A DNA stretch of 64,000 nt, from contig JAUFOR010000002.1 of assembly GCA_040285745.1 (NCBI GenBank), positions 1,922,001 through 1,986,000 of the forward strand, given 5' to 3'. Below are positions 52,121 to 62,927 of this stretch, in pieces; position 1 is the stretch's first letter, and the number at the start of each line of letters is the position of its first letter. Source of the stretch: Barthelona sp. PCE (lineage: Eukaryota). Made by a program: the position numbers and the translations under genes. The notes beneath the pieces are model-generated. The model did not search any database. It was not told where the DNA came from and worked only from the letters and a program-made list of their open reading frames with translations.

Positions 52121-55100
52121 TTAGATATTAGATTGAAAAATTAACTCAAGCATCTTTTTTGATTTGGGATCATTTAAATCAACTTCTTGCTCTTTCTCAT
52201 TCTGTTCAATTATCTCCGGATCAACTGTGAACACAAACACCATCGCTATAATGCCACACATGGCAACAATAACAATTATCAATCCTATTTCATTATTTTC
52301 AATGATCATCGTAACAGACAACACTACGGACAGTGTCGTTGATATCTTTGCACATAAGATATTATTAGCTGTGGATACATAAGGGCGTAGCATCAAAACC
52401 ATTATGGAGTACATTGCCAAAAAGATGAAAAGAATAGGTATACCGTATCTTGCTAATAAAGCAAGTCCAGATAGTAAAAGAGAACGTATTTGTAACAAAA
52501 GAATATCCCAATAATTGAATCGTTTGCAAAGACCTGAAGAAGCAAAAGAACCAGTTGAACTCTTATCAATAAGAAAGTAAGTTTGGATTACTATGATACT
52601 AAGAATAATCAATCCAATTAAAATGTTTCCAAAAGATTGTAAACTTGATATGGTGTTTCGAAGGTCAATTAATGAACGAGTCTTGTTGTCAGCTCCAGTT
52701 GTAAAGATCATTATTGTAATTCCATATTGTAAGATTGTAGGTGACCATAATAAAAAGAGTGCCTCAAAGATTGAACGATGTGAACGGTACTTTACCTCAT
52801 CACGTAATCGAAGAGTATGTATGTTATTACCAATGTATCTTCTATGCCTGAAGAACTTATCAATGTAGTGATATGCAAGCGGTGAATATATAATTACTAA
52901 ATAAATTACAGTCATAAATATTGACCAATCAATGCCATTAAGGGATTCAAGGGAGTAAGCTTGGTATAATTTGAGATCATTGACGTGCTCTGGCTTGATT
53001 CTCTGAAGACATGCAAAGATAGCGGTCTGTGAACTAATTAAAGAGAAAAAGGATGTGAGACGTTTGCGGAATACACTTGGTGCAGTGGCTGATCCCATAT
53101 TTAAAGATATACCGATCGAGCTGAACACTAAAGGAGCAAAAAGTAGTACAATTTTGAAGAAGACACGTGAACGTTGAACTGATTCAAACTCACTAGTGAG
53201 ATATTTAATTTGATTAGGAAAGAAATACTTGTATATGGGAACAGCGATTGCTTCTGAGCGATATGCAGCCAATACAATCAATAGCATAAGTGCAATACCT
53301 ACTATTAGAAGTATGTACAGTATGAACTTACCGAAACACATTACACATGAGCCCGAAAGAGGGTCTCTTGCCAGTTCATAACCCTTGTTCAACAAATATG
53401 TATTATCGGTTTGTTCCCACATAAAGTGCTCACAATCTTCGCATTGATACCCACACCGACTAGCTGAACAACCAGTATTTTCCATTGGAAGTTTTGTCAC
53501 TGGTTCACCAAAGTGCTTTGATAAACTCCAGTGCATACCGGAATAACCACTGTGAACATCGCCACCAACACAATACGATAGACGCTGACAGCGAACCTCA
53601 TTGACTGATTCAAAGGGTTGACAATAAGCAACAACATTAGCCCTTGATTCATCAATCAACCTCCCAAACCCTTTCGTCTTCACACACTCCTTCACATTGT
53701 CAGATATACAGATGCGATCGTTATTACAATTGTTATCAGGGTATACTGTCTCGTTTAAAACAGCAACTTCATGAGCAAACCAACCACTATTAACATAATA
53801 CTCTTCAGTTGTCAGTCGATCAGGGTGATTCTCCAAAGAAATACATGCAACATTAACATTATTAACAATTTGAACCTTGCCTAACGGACATACATTGCAA
53901 AATTCACCGTCAAACTCATAACCTGCATCACAACCAGGAAGAGCGAGATTTTGTGTAAATTCAGTGTTACGCCAATGAATCGTAACTGGATTCTCCTCCA
54001 ATCTACTAATCCTTGTAATCAGAGGAACACGAACAGAAAATCTCAATATTGCAGCTATATGAGAACCAGACTTAATTGTATTACGAATATCTTCACGAAA
54101 ATCAACAACAATATTATCATTCTTCTTGTAATACTCTGGTTTAACACATTCTGAAGCAGTGGTGATGTTTCGATATGTTAAAATCATTGGAGCTCTTGAA
54201 ATAGTTTCCGCAAAACCTACATCCGCATTCTGAACAAAGTATATGATATCAAACACTGTGAAATCATCATCTTCCGATATTTCTACTTGTTGAAACGGTA
54301 CAATTGAGTGGATTACATCTGTTTCTTCAGTGAAACAATTCATTCTGTCCTTAAAAAACCCCACAAGATATTTGTTTTTCGTTCTACTTTCTAAACTATC
54401 ATCTTTAAAAGATTCAGGCATGTAATCTGTGTAATTTCCTGGAGCTTTTCCATCCAAATAACAACCAGTGATATGAAATCCATTTGGGAGTGGGACAGCT
54501 GCATCGAGCTTTAAGCCATTCGGCATATCATTGCTCTTGTAGGCAAAATGTGAACAAACTATATCTCCACATAGTGTGCCAATTGGTACATGACGTGATT
54601 CAATATCTTCAAAAGTGTGATTGATAATTGAGAACGTTATGGAATCATAAGTACTGCGGGTGTGATCAACTCTAAACCATAAAGAAGCAAATAGTATCGA
54701 TCCGTAAGCTTTTGTCAGAGAATTATCTATTTCTAATAATAAGTTTCCACCATTCATTGCTACAAAATTGGCGTCATACGCACCAAATAGAGTTCCATAT
54801 GCACCAGATGAGTTAACAACACTTATTTCCGTATTTCGACCATAAAATACAGTAAGATTTGTTCCATAAATGAAACCACCAAAACCACCATGTACATTGA
54901 TACCTTTTAACACACTATTGTCTTCCATCAAAAGCAAACAATCATCAAAAGCGTTGATGAAACCTGAATAACCAATGGAATGTGTATTTAGGACAGTAAC
55001 AGTATTTATCATTGTAAACTTTAGATAGGAACCATCAAATACACCACTGAGCTCACTTTTTCCACGGGTTTCAAAAACTACATTGTCTAATACAGCAGTT

Positions 55101-56992
55101 AACGTTGCATTTTGACAATAGATCATATCCACAGCACAAGATCCAGACAAATGAGAATTTTTGACATTCAAACTCACTTCTAAATCTGCATCAGCGTGCT
55201 GCTGATATATATAGAACATCATGGTATGGTCTTCAACATCAATACTTGAATTTTCAATGATAATTTCACTAGAGACTTGCATTGCAGCAAAAAATCCTTT
55301 CTCTCCAATAGATCTAGACGATATGTTACTGTTTTTGAATACCATCTTGTTGTTTTCTCCGAACAGAATAACAAACATTACACCATCTATTAATACATTA
55401 GAAAAAATTGCATTGTCTAAATGAATATTATGAACATGGTTAGTAAAGTTATAAAAAAAGCAATTAGCTATATGTGAATCAATGATACGTATCGATGTCT
55501 TATCTGCATATTCGATGGGAATTAAATCACGTTTTGTGTTGATAAAAGAACCATTAATAATTTTACCATGAATAGAAAATTTTGAAATATTAGTAAATGA
55601 AACATCATTTAGCTCTATCTCAACTGGACTAACAATTTCTATGAAAGTTGTTGCAATTAAATTACTAAATGATGAGTGAGAAATTTTCACCGTCGGTATA
55701 TGAAGGTAAAATTCAACACTAGCAACAGAGATGACAAACCTTGGCATGATCATTGGTGTATCTTCATCCATCAACCCTTCAATAACAATATCTGAGAATG
55801 AAGCACTTTGTGAAACTCCAATATTCCAGTGTATACCTGTAAAAAAGATATTTTGATTGAAAGTGAACTTGTTGACCTCAATATTATCTACAACCGTTAT
55901 TATATTAGCTGCGTTCTGAAAATCTATCTCTTGAATAAAAAAATCTCCCCCTTCAAAGTTTGCTGACGTATGTAACGTGAGTTTACCCATTCTACACACT
56001 CCCCACTGAAGAAGGATGAGCTCTTCAGTTTCTATATCGCCAATATGAAGCTCTGCACCAAACGAATTTCTGAAACTCATCTGGATGCGATCAAAAGTCA
56101 ACGAATGTACCATTAATGAGTATACGTTCTTTATCCTAAACTCCTCTCCGTATACATGTAGTAAATCATTGTTCTGGTCTTTGAATACTATTGGCGCGGC
56201 AGAATCAATGCTAATAATATTGTGCATATTAGAGGGGTCACTCTTACAAATAAATATATATTCATGCTCATTATCAGATAAATCAGTCAGATCATCATTG
56301 ATTTGATAGTATCCAATTGAAATATTAATGTTAACATATTGTGAAAGTTCAAAAATAAGTTTAACATTTTCTTCTTCCACCCAACTATCATTGATATATG
56401 TACTCCAAATCTCAAACGTTGTCAATGTGTTTGATCCAACATTTATATCTAAATCACGGACGTTTATATACATTGATCCTGCAACGTTATTGCACAAAAG
56501 CTTACTAGTTACTAAATATGATGATCTCCCTGAAGATACAGTTGAGTCATAGACTGATAAATCATCTGCATCGAATAAACCGTTGTTTATGCTTACTAAA
56601 GAAGAATTAAAACGAACTATATCAGCTGTATTTGATCCTTCTATATATACCGTTAGATCTAGAAAGTATATGACAAGTTCAGAACTGCCTTTGATCAAGT
56701 TACTTATTGTTAGTGTGGCTTCAGTATCTGCCTTTGCAAAAAAATGTGATATTCCATCACCAGTATATGTTGAGAAATCGTATTGGTAATTGTAATTCCC
56801 CTTGAGCAACATGTAAACATAAGACTCATCTGAGTTGTGTTGAAAATATGATTCAATCGAAGGATAGATATCTTCATCTACATCCAATGGTTTTGAAGCG
56901 TCTATGATGATTTCAAAGTCAGGATCATCAAAATCGCTCGCAAATGCAGAGCCCAAAAGACAGAATACTCCAATAAATAGAATGAAATGCAT
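52121..56992 (-). CDS. Surface receptor-like protein: signal peptide, beta-helix-like ectodomain, Cys-rich stalk, C-terminal multi-TM bundle (~7 or more helices)
   Basis: Signal MHFILFIGVFCLLGSAFA; Ile/Asn/Ser-rich repeats with GGF motifs; CDAGYEFDGEFCNVCPLG; several C-terminal hydrophobic helices. Confidence 0.8.
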   Translation of the reverse strand: MHFILFIGVFCLLGSAFASDFDDPDFEIIIDASKPLDVDEDIYPSIESYFQHNSDESYVYMLLKGNYNYQYDFSTYTGDGISHFFAKADTEATLTISNLIKGSSELVIYFLDLTVYIEGSNTADIVRFNSSLVSINNGLFDADDLSVYDSTVSSGRSSYLVTSKLLCNNVAGSMYINVRDLDINVGSNTLTTFEIWSTYINDSWVEEENVKLIFELSQYVNINISIGYYQINDDLTDLSDNEHEYIFICKSDPSNMHNIISIDSAAPIVFKDQNNDLLHVYGEEFRIKNVYSLMVHSLTFDRIQMSFRNSFGAELHIGDIETEELILLQWGVCRMGKLTLHTSANFEGGDFFIQEIDFQNAANIITVVDNIEVNKFTFNQNIFFTGIHWNIGVSQSASFSDIVIEGLMDEDTPMIMPRFVISVASVEFYLHIPTVKISHSSFSNLIATTFIEIVSPVEIELNDVSFTNISKFSIHGKIINGSFINTKRDLIPIEYADKTSIRIIDSHIANCFFYNFTNHVHNIHLDNAIFSNVLIDGVMFVILFGENNKMVFKNSNISSRSIGEKGFFAAMQVSSEIIIENSSIDVEDHTMMFYIYQQHADADLEVSLNVKNSHLSGSCAVDMIYCQNATLTAVLDNVVFETRGKSELSGVFDGSYLKFTMINTVTVLNTHSIGYSGFINAFDDCLLLMEDNSVLKGINVHGGFGGFIYGTNLTVFYGRNTEISVVNSSGAYGTLFGAYDANFVAMNGGNLLLEIDNSLTKAYGSILFASLWFRVDHTRSTYDSITFSIINHTFEDIESRHVPIGTLCGDIVCSHFAYKSNDMPNGLKLDAAVPLPNGFHITGCYLDGKAPGNYTDYMPESFKDDSLESRTKNKYLVGFFKDRMNCFTEETDVIHSIVPFQQVEISEDDDFTVFDIIYFVQNADVGFAETISRAPMILTYRNITTASECVKPEYYKKNDNIVVDFREDIRNTIKSGSHIAAILRFSVRVPLITRISRLEENPVTIHWRNTEFTQNLALPGCDAGYEFDGEFCNVCPLGKVQIVNNVNVACISLENHPDRLTTEEYYVNSGWFAHEVAVLNETVYPDNNCNNDRICISDNVKECVKTKGFGRLIDESRANVVAYCQPFESVNEVRCQRLSYCVGGDVHSGYSGMHWSLSKHFGEPVTKLPMENTGCSASRCGYQCEDCEHFMWEQTDNTYLLNKGYELARDPLSGSCVMCFGKFILYILLIVGIALMLLIVLAAYRSEAIAVPIYKYFFPNQIKYLTSEFESVQRSRVFFKIVLLFAPLVFSSIGISLNMGSATAPSVFRKRLTSFFSLISSQTAIFACLQRIKPEHVNDLKLYQAYSLESLNGIDWSIFMTVIYLVIIYSPLAYHYIDKFFRHRRYIGNNIHTLRLRDEVKYRSHRSIFEALFLLWSPTILQYGITIMIFTTGADNKTRSLIDLRNTISSLQSFGNILIGLIILSIIVIQTYFLIDKSSTGSFASSGLCKRFNYWDILLLQIRSLLLSGLALLARYGIPILFIFLAMYSIMVLMLRPYVSTANNILCAKISTTLSVVLSVTMIIENNEIGLIIVIVAMCGIIAMVFVFTVDPEIIEQNEKEQEVDLNDPKSKKMLELIFQSNI

Positions 56993-57276
56993 AAGAATAG
57001 TTATTACAAGTTCCAATTTGACATTCGATTTTCTGACTTAGATTCCCCCCGTTTTGGTTTCTAAGTCCCGCTTTTTAGTAATAAAATTTTCATTTAAGCG
57101 ACCTTTAATGTAGTGGTTTTTGCAGGCTTCCTTTTATAGCACTTTGAGCCAACAAATAACTTTAATATTTGCTGTAGCTACAGTGATTCCCCTAAAATTA
57201 TTCAAAGTTAGCTGTACAACAATAGTGGTTCTGATTTCACATACTATATCTCTTTCGCGGGTTAAACATAAAACTT

Positions 57277-59433
57277 ATGCCGCAGAAACCAAAAACACGG
57301 GGCGTTATAACCGCAGAGCAGCTTATGAAGGAGATTGACTCCGTTAAAACCCTGACTAGTCAGCATTCCGACAATATAGAGGCTCGTAGGCTTAACCACA
57401 CCATAAAACTTGCCACAGATCTATTGGGTAACGTGAGTAAGGAGATTGATGATAACGCAAGCATAGCTCCTTTGCAACAAGAGCTGACTCAGTTTTTAGC
57501 ATGTTTACGTTGCGCGCCTGAAGCTTTTGAGGCGCAACCGTCATGCTTCTGCATGTTCAGGGGTCGTAACATGGGTAGAAGTATCGATGGGTACAGAGAA
57601 CAATTCACAGATGCACTTTATGGTCTTTTAACCTCTGTATCCGTTACAATGGGTCGTCGGTCTGCAGTTTACGTTAACGAGTTGAGTGAGCGACTGTCAA
57701 AACTGGCCCTGGCACTGCCCACATTCGATTTTTCTATCAAAACCATGGAAGAAGCATTGATTGCACATTTACAAGCAGAAAGGTTATTCTACGGTCACGA
57801 GTGCGAAGAAAATCATTATCTTGCGATGAAAAAGTACCTTGAGGCGGCAGAATTTGGTTATGCACCAAGTATGTTGAGAGTTTTTAAATGTTATAGAGAA
57901 GGTATTGGATGTACTGCATCAATTTCTAATGCCTTAAAGTATCTTGACAAGGCAGTTGAGGAGGAGTACGCTCCTGCTTTGTCAATGATGGGTGAATTGT
58001 ATGATGATGGTATACCTGAATATATAGACATTGATTTGGCCAAGGCACAAGATTTTTTCAAGAAAGCAATGGAAGGAGGTGATTTGAAAGCGGTTGTTGA
58101 ACTTGGTCTCTTGTTTGAACAATACGCACGTTCTTCATTTGAATGTTATCGGAAGATGTTATTGAAAGAGAATTTTAAAGGAATTTTTACAGAAAAAGGA
58201 TATTTTGGATCTAATCTTAGTGAAATTCCTGAATTTGAGGGAATTAACGACGTTAAAACAAAATATACAGTGCCTCCAACGAATACATCTGAAGAAATGA
58301 AGGTTCAAGTTCAGTCATACCTTTCACAAGCTATTAGGTATTATGATGAGGCTTCCAGACGAGGTAGTTTAACAGCATTTAATAATTTAGGTGTTATCTT
58401 TAGTGATTTGGAACCAATGGTTGACAAATCATTACTTAAGAAGAGACAGACTGCTAAGGAATATAGAGAAGAAATTGCTTTTGATAATTATACTAGGGCT
58501 AGTTCAAGAGGACTCGCGGTTGCCACATTTCATCTTGCACAGTATTATTTAGATGGGAAGGCTTGTATACAATCCACAGTACAGGCTCTGGATAGATTCA
58601 AAGAAGCGCTTGAGCAAGGGTACATTGTTGACAAGTGTTGTGTTCAAATTTCTGTGTGTTTAACTCAGTTGAACAGGGCAGACGAGGCTGTGTCATATCT
58701 CCGCCGTGCTGTAGATCTCGGTAACCCTAACGCTTGTTATTTACTTGCACAGATGTATAGTAAGGGTAAGGGAGTTGAGATTTCTTCAGCAACTGCTCTT
58801 TCCCTGTTGGAAAAGGGAGGTAAACTAAATCAAGTCGACTGTCTATTGGAACTGGGTAATATATATTTCAGTGGTTTGTTGGGAATGAAACCTTATGCAG
58901 CTGCAGCTTTCCATTATTATGAAAAGGCTGCACTTATTGGTAGCAGTGAAGCAATGAATGCGCTAGCCTTGTTGTTGGAGACGTCTCAGGATATTGGTAG
59001 CGAGGATTATCCCAGTAGAATGTTTTTTGGAAATTTATCAAAAGAAGATCGTATTAGTCATGCTATTTTTTGGTATAAACAAGCAAAGTTACTGGAAAAT
59101 TCTGATGCTATTGCTAACTTGGCCGATTTATTATACAAATTATTATATTCAGGTGAAGTTCATCTTACTCCAGAGAGAATTTGTATTGTAGAAAAATTGG
59201 TTGAGAATCATTCAAATTTTGACAAAGCAGATAAGTTATTGGAGCTCAACAGACTCAAAACAATGGATGAGTTCCAACCCGCTCAGGTGAGACGTAATAC
59301 AGTTAGAATAGAAGAACCTGTTGTTGATAAAGAAGAGGAACCCGAGGTTGAGGAGGTTGCAAGTGTTGCATCAGAGTCTTCCAAGGAAGCTGTTGGTGTT
59401 AAACAGGAGAGAAGAGTTGCTGTTGCTTTGTAA
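57277..59433 (+). CDS. Sel1-like repeat protein
   Basis: Repeated A...G...A...LG..Y..G.G units (ACYLLAQMYSKGKGV, AFNNLGVIF). Confidence 0.85.
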   Translation: MPQKPKTRGVITAEQLMKEIDSVKTLTSQHSDNIEARRLNHTIKLATDLLGNVSKEIDDNASIAPLQQELTQFLACLRCAPEAFEAQPSCFCMFRGRNMGRSIDGYREQFTDALYGLLTSVSVTMGRRSAVYVNELSERLSKLALALPTFDFSIKTMEEALIAHLQAERLFYGHECEENHYLAMKKYLEAAEFGYAPSMLRVFKCYREGIGCTASISNALKYLDKAVEEEYAPALSMMGELYDDGIPEYIDIDLAKAQDFFKKAMEGGDLKAVVELGLLFEQYARSSFECYRKMLLKENFKGIFTEKGYFGSNLSEIPEFEGINDVKTKYTVPPTNTSEEMKVQVQSYLSQAIRYYDEASRRGSLTAFNNLGVIFSDLEPMVDKSLLKKRQTAKEYREEIAFDNYTRASSRGLAVATFHLAQYYLDGKACIQSTVQALDRFKEALEQGYIVDKCCVQISVCLTQLNRADEAVSYLRRAVDLGNPNACYLLAQMYSKGKGVEISSATALSLLEKGGKLNQVDCLLELGNIYFSGLLGMKPYAAAAFHYYEKAALIGSSEAMNALALLLETSQDIGSEDYPSRMFFGNLSKEDRISHAIFWYKQAKLLENSDAIANLADLLYKLLYSGEVHLTPERICIVEKLVENHSNFDKADKLLELNRLKTMDEFQPAQVRRNTVRIEEPVVDKEEEPEVEEVASVASESSKEAVGVKQERRVAVAL

Positions 59434-59480
59434 ACCATAAAATATTTTTTTCCTTTCTACAAATCCTTTTGTAAACACAG

Positions 59481-60176
59481 ATGGGATTTGGTAAGAGCAA
59501 AAACACATTAAGCGGAAAATCTAAGTCGTTTGGCAGTAGCAAGTCAGGTGGTCAGAAGAAAAAGGGCTTTGGATCAAACAAGAAGTCATTCAGTGGCAGT
59601 AAAGAGACCACTGGGAGCAGCAAATTCAAAAAATCTTCTTCCTTTAAGTCAAAAGAGAAATCATCTGGCTCAAAATTTAAATCTTTTAAATCTAACAAGA
59701 AAGAGGAGTCTGAGACATCTGAGAAGAAGGGTAAGTGGGGATCTAAAAAGAAATCCTCATCATGGGGATCCAAAAACAAAAACAAGAGTGAGGAATCAGA
59801 GGAATCAGATGTTTGTCTCAAATTCCTCAAAGGAGACTGTCAGATGGGCAGTACATGCGGGGCAGCGCATCTTGCACACCCGTTTACGTTCTATGAAGGG
59901 TATGAAAGCACTGTTGCAATTCCATTTTCATTACTACGATATTCATCATTTGTTAAAGATAAGAAACATATCAATGCCATCATCAAGCAGAATAGTCTGA
60001 GCGGGAAGAGATCACCAATTGCAAAGAATCGAAAGAGTAATCCAAAAGATGAGGAGAATGAAGATGTTAATTTTTGGTCAATGCCTCCAGTATTCCAGTC
60101 AGTTGAGTCTGGTACTAAGCACTATACAAATGCTAACTTTTCACAAGGCATTCCGATTCTACCACCTCCATTTTAA
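59481..60176 (+). CDS. Lys/Ser-rich CCCH zinc-finger protein, Nup42/NUPL2-like
   Basis: CLKFLKGDCQMGSTCGAAH; N-terminal FG/FK/WG repeats; C-terminal FSQGIPILPPP. Confidence 0.55.
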   Translation: MGFGKSKNTLSGKSKSFGSSKSGGQKKKGFGSNKKSFSGSKETTGSSKFKKSSSFKSKEKSSGSKFKSFKSNKKEESETSEKKGKWGSKKKSSSWGSKNKNKSEESEESDVCLKFLKGDCQMGSTCGAAHLAHPFTFYEGYESTVAIPFSLLRYSSFVKDKKHINAIIKQNSLSGKRSPIAKNRKSNPKDEENEDVNFWSMPPVFQSVESGTKHYTNANFSQGIPILPPPF

Positions 60177-60200
60177 TTAATTAAATTTTTTTATTAATAT

Positions 60201-62525
60201 TTATTGATCAATGATTTTGTTCCATTTTTCGTTGTTCTTCTGAAGCTCAAGAGCCATGCGACGAAGGCTTGTTTGATAGCGTTTAACTAAAGCGTTATAT
60301 TCTTCGAATTGTAGTACGCTTTGCTGTTTGTAATTTTCGAATTTTGTTTCTACATTTGCTAATTGAATTTCTTTTGTTGCCATGCCATTTTTGACCATGT
60401 CATACATGTTTGAGAGATTTTCAACCTTGTTTTGAAGACTTACTTTCTTCATTTCCTGTTCATGACATTTTTGAATTTCTGATTGCTTTTCTGTTGTTAA
60501 AGTATTGATTTTTGTCTTTAAATCATTAACAATCAGTTGTAAATCATTAATGATTCCTTCATGTGCAACAATTGTGTGTTCCTTTTTCGAAATTCGAGAC
60601 TTTGCCTTTATCAAATGATCATTCAAAGTATTTGAATCTTCTTTCATTCTGTTTAAATCATCCTTTAACCTGTCCACAACAGCTTCCAGTTCAACAATAG
60701 TTCCAGAATGACTGTGACATGTAGCATCAGCCTCCAACAATTTTTCACTGACATTGTTCAACTCTGCTTGTACATCAACGAGCTGTTTTTCAACTCTTGT
60801 TAATTGATCAATTTGATTATTAGCATTCTCAACAGACTTTTCCAATTTTTTCTCAAGATTACTGTTTGTTTTCATTTGAGTTTCAATCTTTGAGTTCAAA
60901 ACTTCATTCTTTTTGGTTAGATCTTGGTTATCAATAAACATTTTGTCAACAGATGCAGTAAGTTCGCTACAACGTAATTCTAAACTGTGTGAATTGATCA
61001 TGCTAGCATCAAGTTTATCACTTACAGCAGATTTGTCGTCTAGCAATCGAGTTACATACTTCTGATGGCCCTCAAATTCGCTCTTTAGCTCATTTAACTC
61101 ATCATTGACACTTGATGACACTAAAATTTCATTTTCAAGTTTCGTTTCCAATGATTGCTTCTCCATAATGAGATTATTAATCTCATCACCCATCTCTGAA
61201 TTAGAAATGGTCAGTGCTTTGATTGCTTCCTTGACAGAATCATTGTCGAGTTTCAAGCTGGTGTTCTCTCTTTTTGACATTTCCAACTCATCAGATATGG
61301 TGCTCATCCTCATGGAGAGCTTCTCATAACTGTTATTAACGATATCCATATCTGATTTAAGAGAAGTGATAAAGTTACCTTTCTTATCCAAATCTGCGCT
61401 CAGCGAACTGTTATCCTCTTTCAGACGCTCAACTTGACTTTCTAACAAAATGCGCTGATTGTGCATATCATTATTCCTTAATTCACTGTTAGATAAATCA
61501 GTCATCAACCTCTTAACCTCACCCTCAAGTCGAACAACAGTCAGCTCAAGCCCGGAAGATTTCCTTCGCTCGTCTTCTAACTTCACAGTAATGTTTTTGT
61601 TAGCGTTCAAGAGATTGTTATTTTCAGTTTTCAAACCATCAATTGATCCTTGTATCTGATCGTTCACTCTCTTCAGGTTACGTGCAACTGTTTCCTTTGT
61701 AGTTATTGATGCTCTTAGTTCCTTCAGTTCATTGGATTCTACCGTACGTTCTTGTTCTAATATTTGTACTTTTTCACTCATATGTCTGTTTTCACGTTCC
61801 AATGCCTCCTTCTTCTGGGTTACGGTATCACATTCCAACTCAAGCTTCTGTTTGTCATCACAGACACGGTCATATTTGGTTGTTAACTCATTCAATGTGC
61901 GAGTGATTGTAACATTTTTAATCGTAGAATTGTTCAGCTGATCACTAAGTGTGGAGTTGTTTGACTGAACGTTGGACAGCGTTTGCTTTAAATCACGCAT
62001 TTCCTTGGTCTGGATATCGAGGGTTCCCTCAAGTGTAAGTTGATCATTCATATAACTCTCAGTTTTCTTACGGAAGGCATCGTTTTGATCCCTTAGCATT
62101 GTGATCTGTAGTGCTTGGTCCTCTACAACGATTTCTTTTTCATGTACTTGTTGTTCTAGGTGAGTAACACGGGTACCCAGTTCACTTCTCTTCATCTTTT
62201 CTAAATATCCTTTTAAAGTGCTCAGATGAACTTGGAACTCTGTCAATTTGGCCTCTTTAGCCTCCAAAGATGCTTTTAATTCCCTATTTTCATCAGTAAG
62301 ACCGCGTAATAAGTGCGCATCGACGTTAGAATCCACTGATTCATTGAATAACTTTTGTCGAGGGGACATAAGAGATTTAGACATCCTTCGGCTGGATGTT
62401 ATGGGGCTCAGTCGTCTCTCATCGTCATTATTTGTTGTAGGTGTCTCAAGCAAGTTTGCTGGTGTCCTTAAAAGTGGTGCAAATGCCCTTCGAACAGATA
62501 CTGGAGTCGCTAAGCTGCTCGACAT
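60201..62525 (-). CDS. Long coiled-coil protein with S/T-P-rich head
   Basis: ~700 aa of continuous heptads; head contains TP/SP sites; likely start MSSSLATP at 62525. Confidence 0.8.
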   Translation of the reverse strand: MSSSLATPVSVRRAFAPLLRTPANLLETPTTNNDDERRLSPITSSRRMSKSLMSPRQKLFNESVDSNVDAHLLRGLTDENRELKASLEAKEAKLTEFQVHLSTLKGYLEKMKRSELGTRVTHLEQQVHEKEIVVEDQALQITMLRDQNDAFRKKTESYMNDQLTLEGTLDIQTKEMRDLKQTLSNVQSNNSTLSDQLNNSTIKNVTITRTLNELTTKYDRVCDDKQKLELECDTVTQKKEALERENRHMSEKVQILEQERTVESNELKELRASITTKETVARNLKRVNDQIQGSIDGLKTENNNLLNANKNITVKLEDERRKSSGLELTVVRLEGEVKRLMTDLSNSELRNNDMHNQRILLESQVERLKEDNSSLSADLDKKGNFITSLKSDMDIVNNSYEKLSMRMSTISDELEMSKRENTSLKLDNDSVKEAIKALTISNSEMGDEINNLIMEKQSLETKLENEILVSSSVNDELNELKSEFEGHQKYVTRLLDDKSAVSDKLDASMINSHSLELRCSELTASVDKMFIDNQDLTKKNEVLNSKIETQMKTNSNLEKKLEKSVENANNQIDQLTRVEKQLVDVQAELNNVSEKLLEADATCHSHSGTIVELEAVVDRLKDDLNRMKEDSNTLNDHLIKAKSRISKKEHTIVAHEGIINDLQLIVNDLKTKINTLTTEKQSEIQKCHEQEMKKVSLQNKVENLSNMYDMVKNGMATKEIQLANVETKFENYKQQSVLQFEEYNALVKRYQTSLRRMALELQKNNEKWNKIIDQ

Positions 62526-62927
62526 AATATTCAACCGTATAAATGATGGGAAAAAAGTTAAACATTCAAGTTTGTTTGAAGCAATTTTAGCAGCGTAGAA
62601 ATAGTTTTTCAATCGTTTTGCATGACTAAGGCTGAAGTATTTCTTTCTTATACAATTTGAATGGAACACAGTCATTATAACTTAAAGTTTGATAGATTAT
62701 GGTCATATGTATTGCTCGATTGAGGGAAAACAGCAAAGATCGGTGAGGTTTATTGGCTTTTTATAAATAAAGAGAAACGAAAGCTGTGGTGCCAGGCATG
62801 TTCGAACTTTATAGAAAGGATAGTTAACTTGTCAAAATCCCGTGCTAAACTTCAATAAAGTAGATTTGAAGCGTTTAAAAACACTGTAATTGTATACTAT
62901 GTTGTTGTATTGTTTTTTGCCCTTTTC

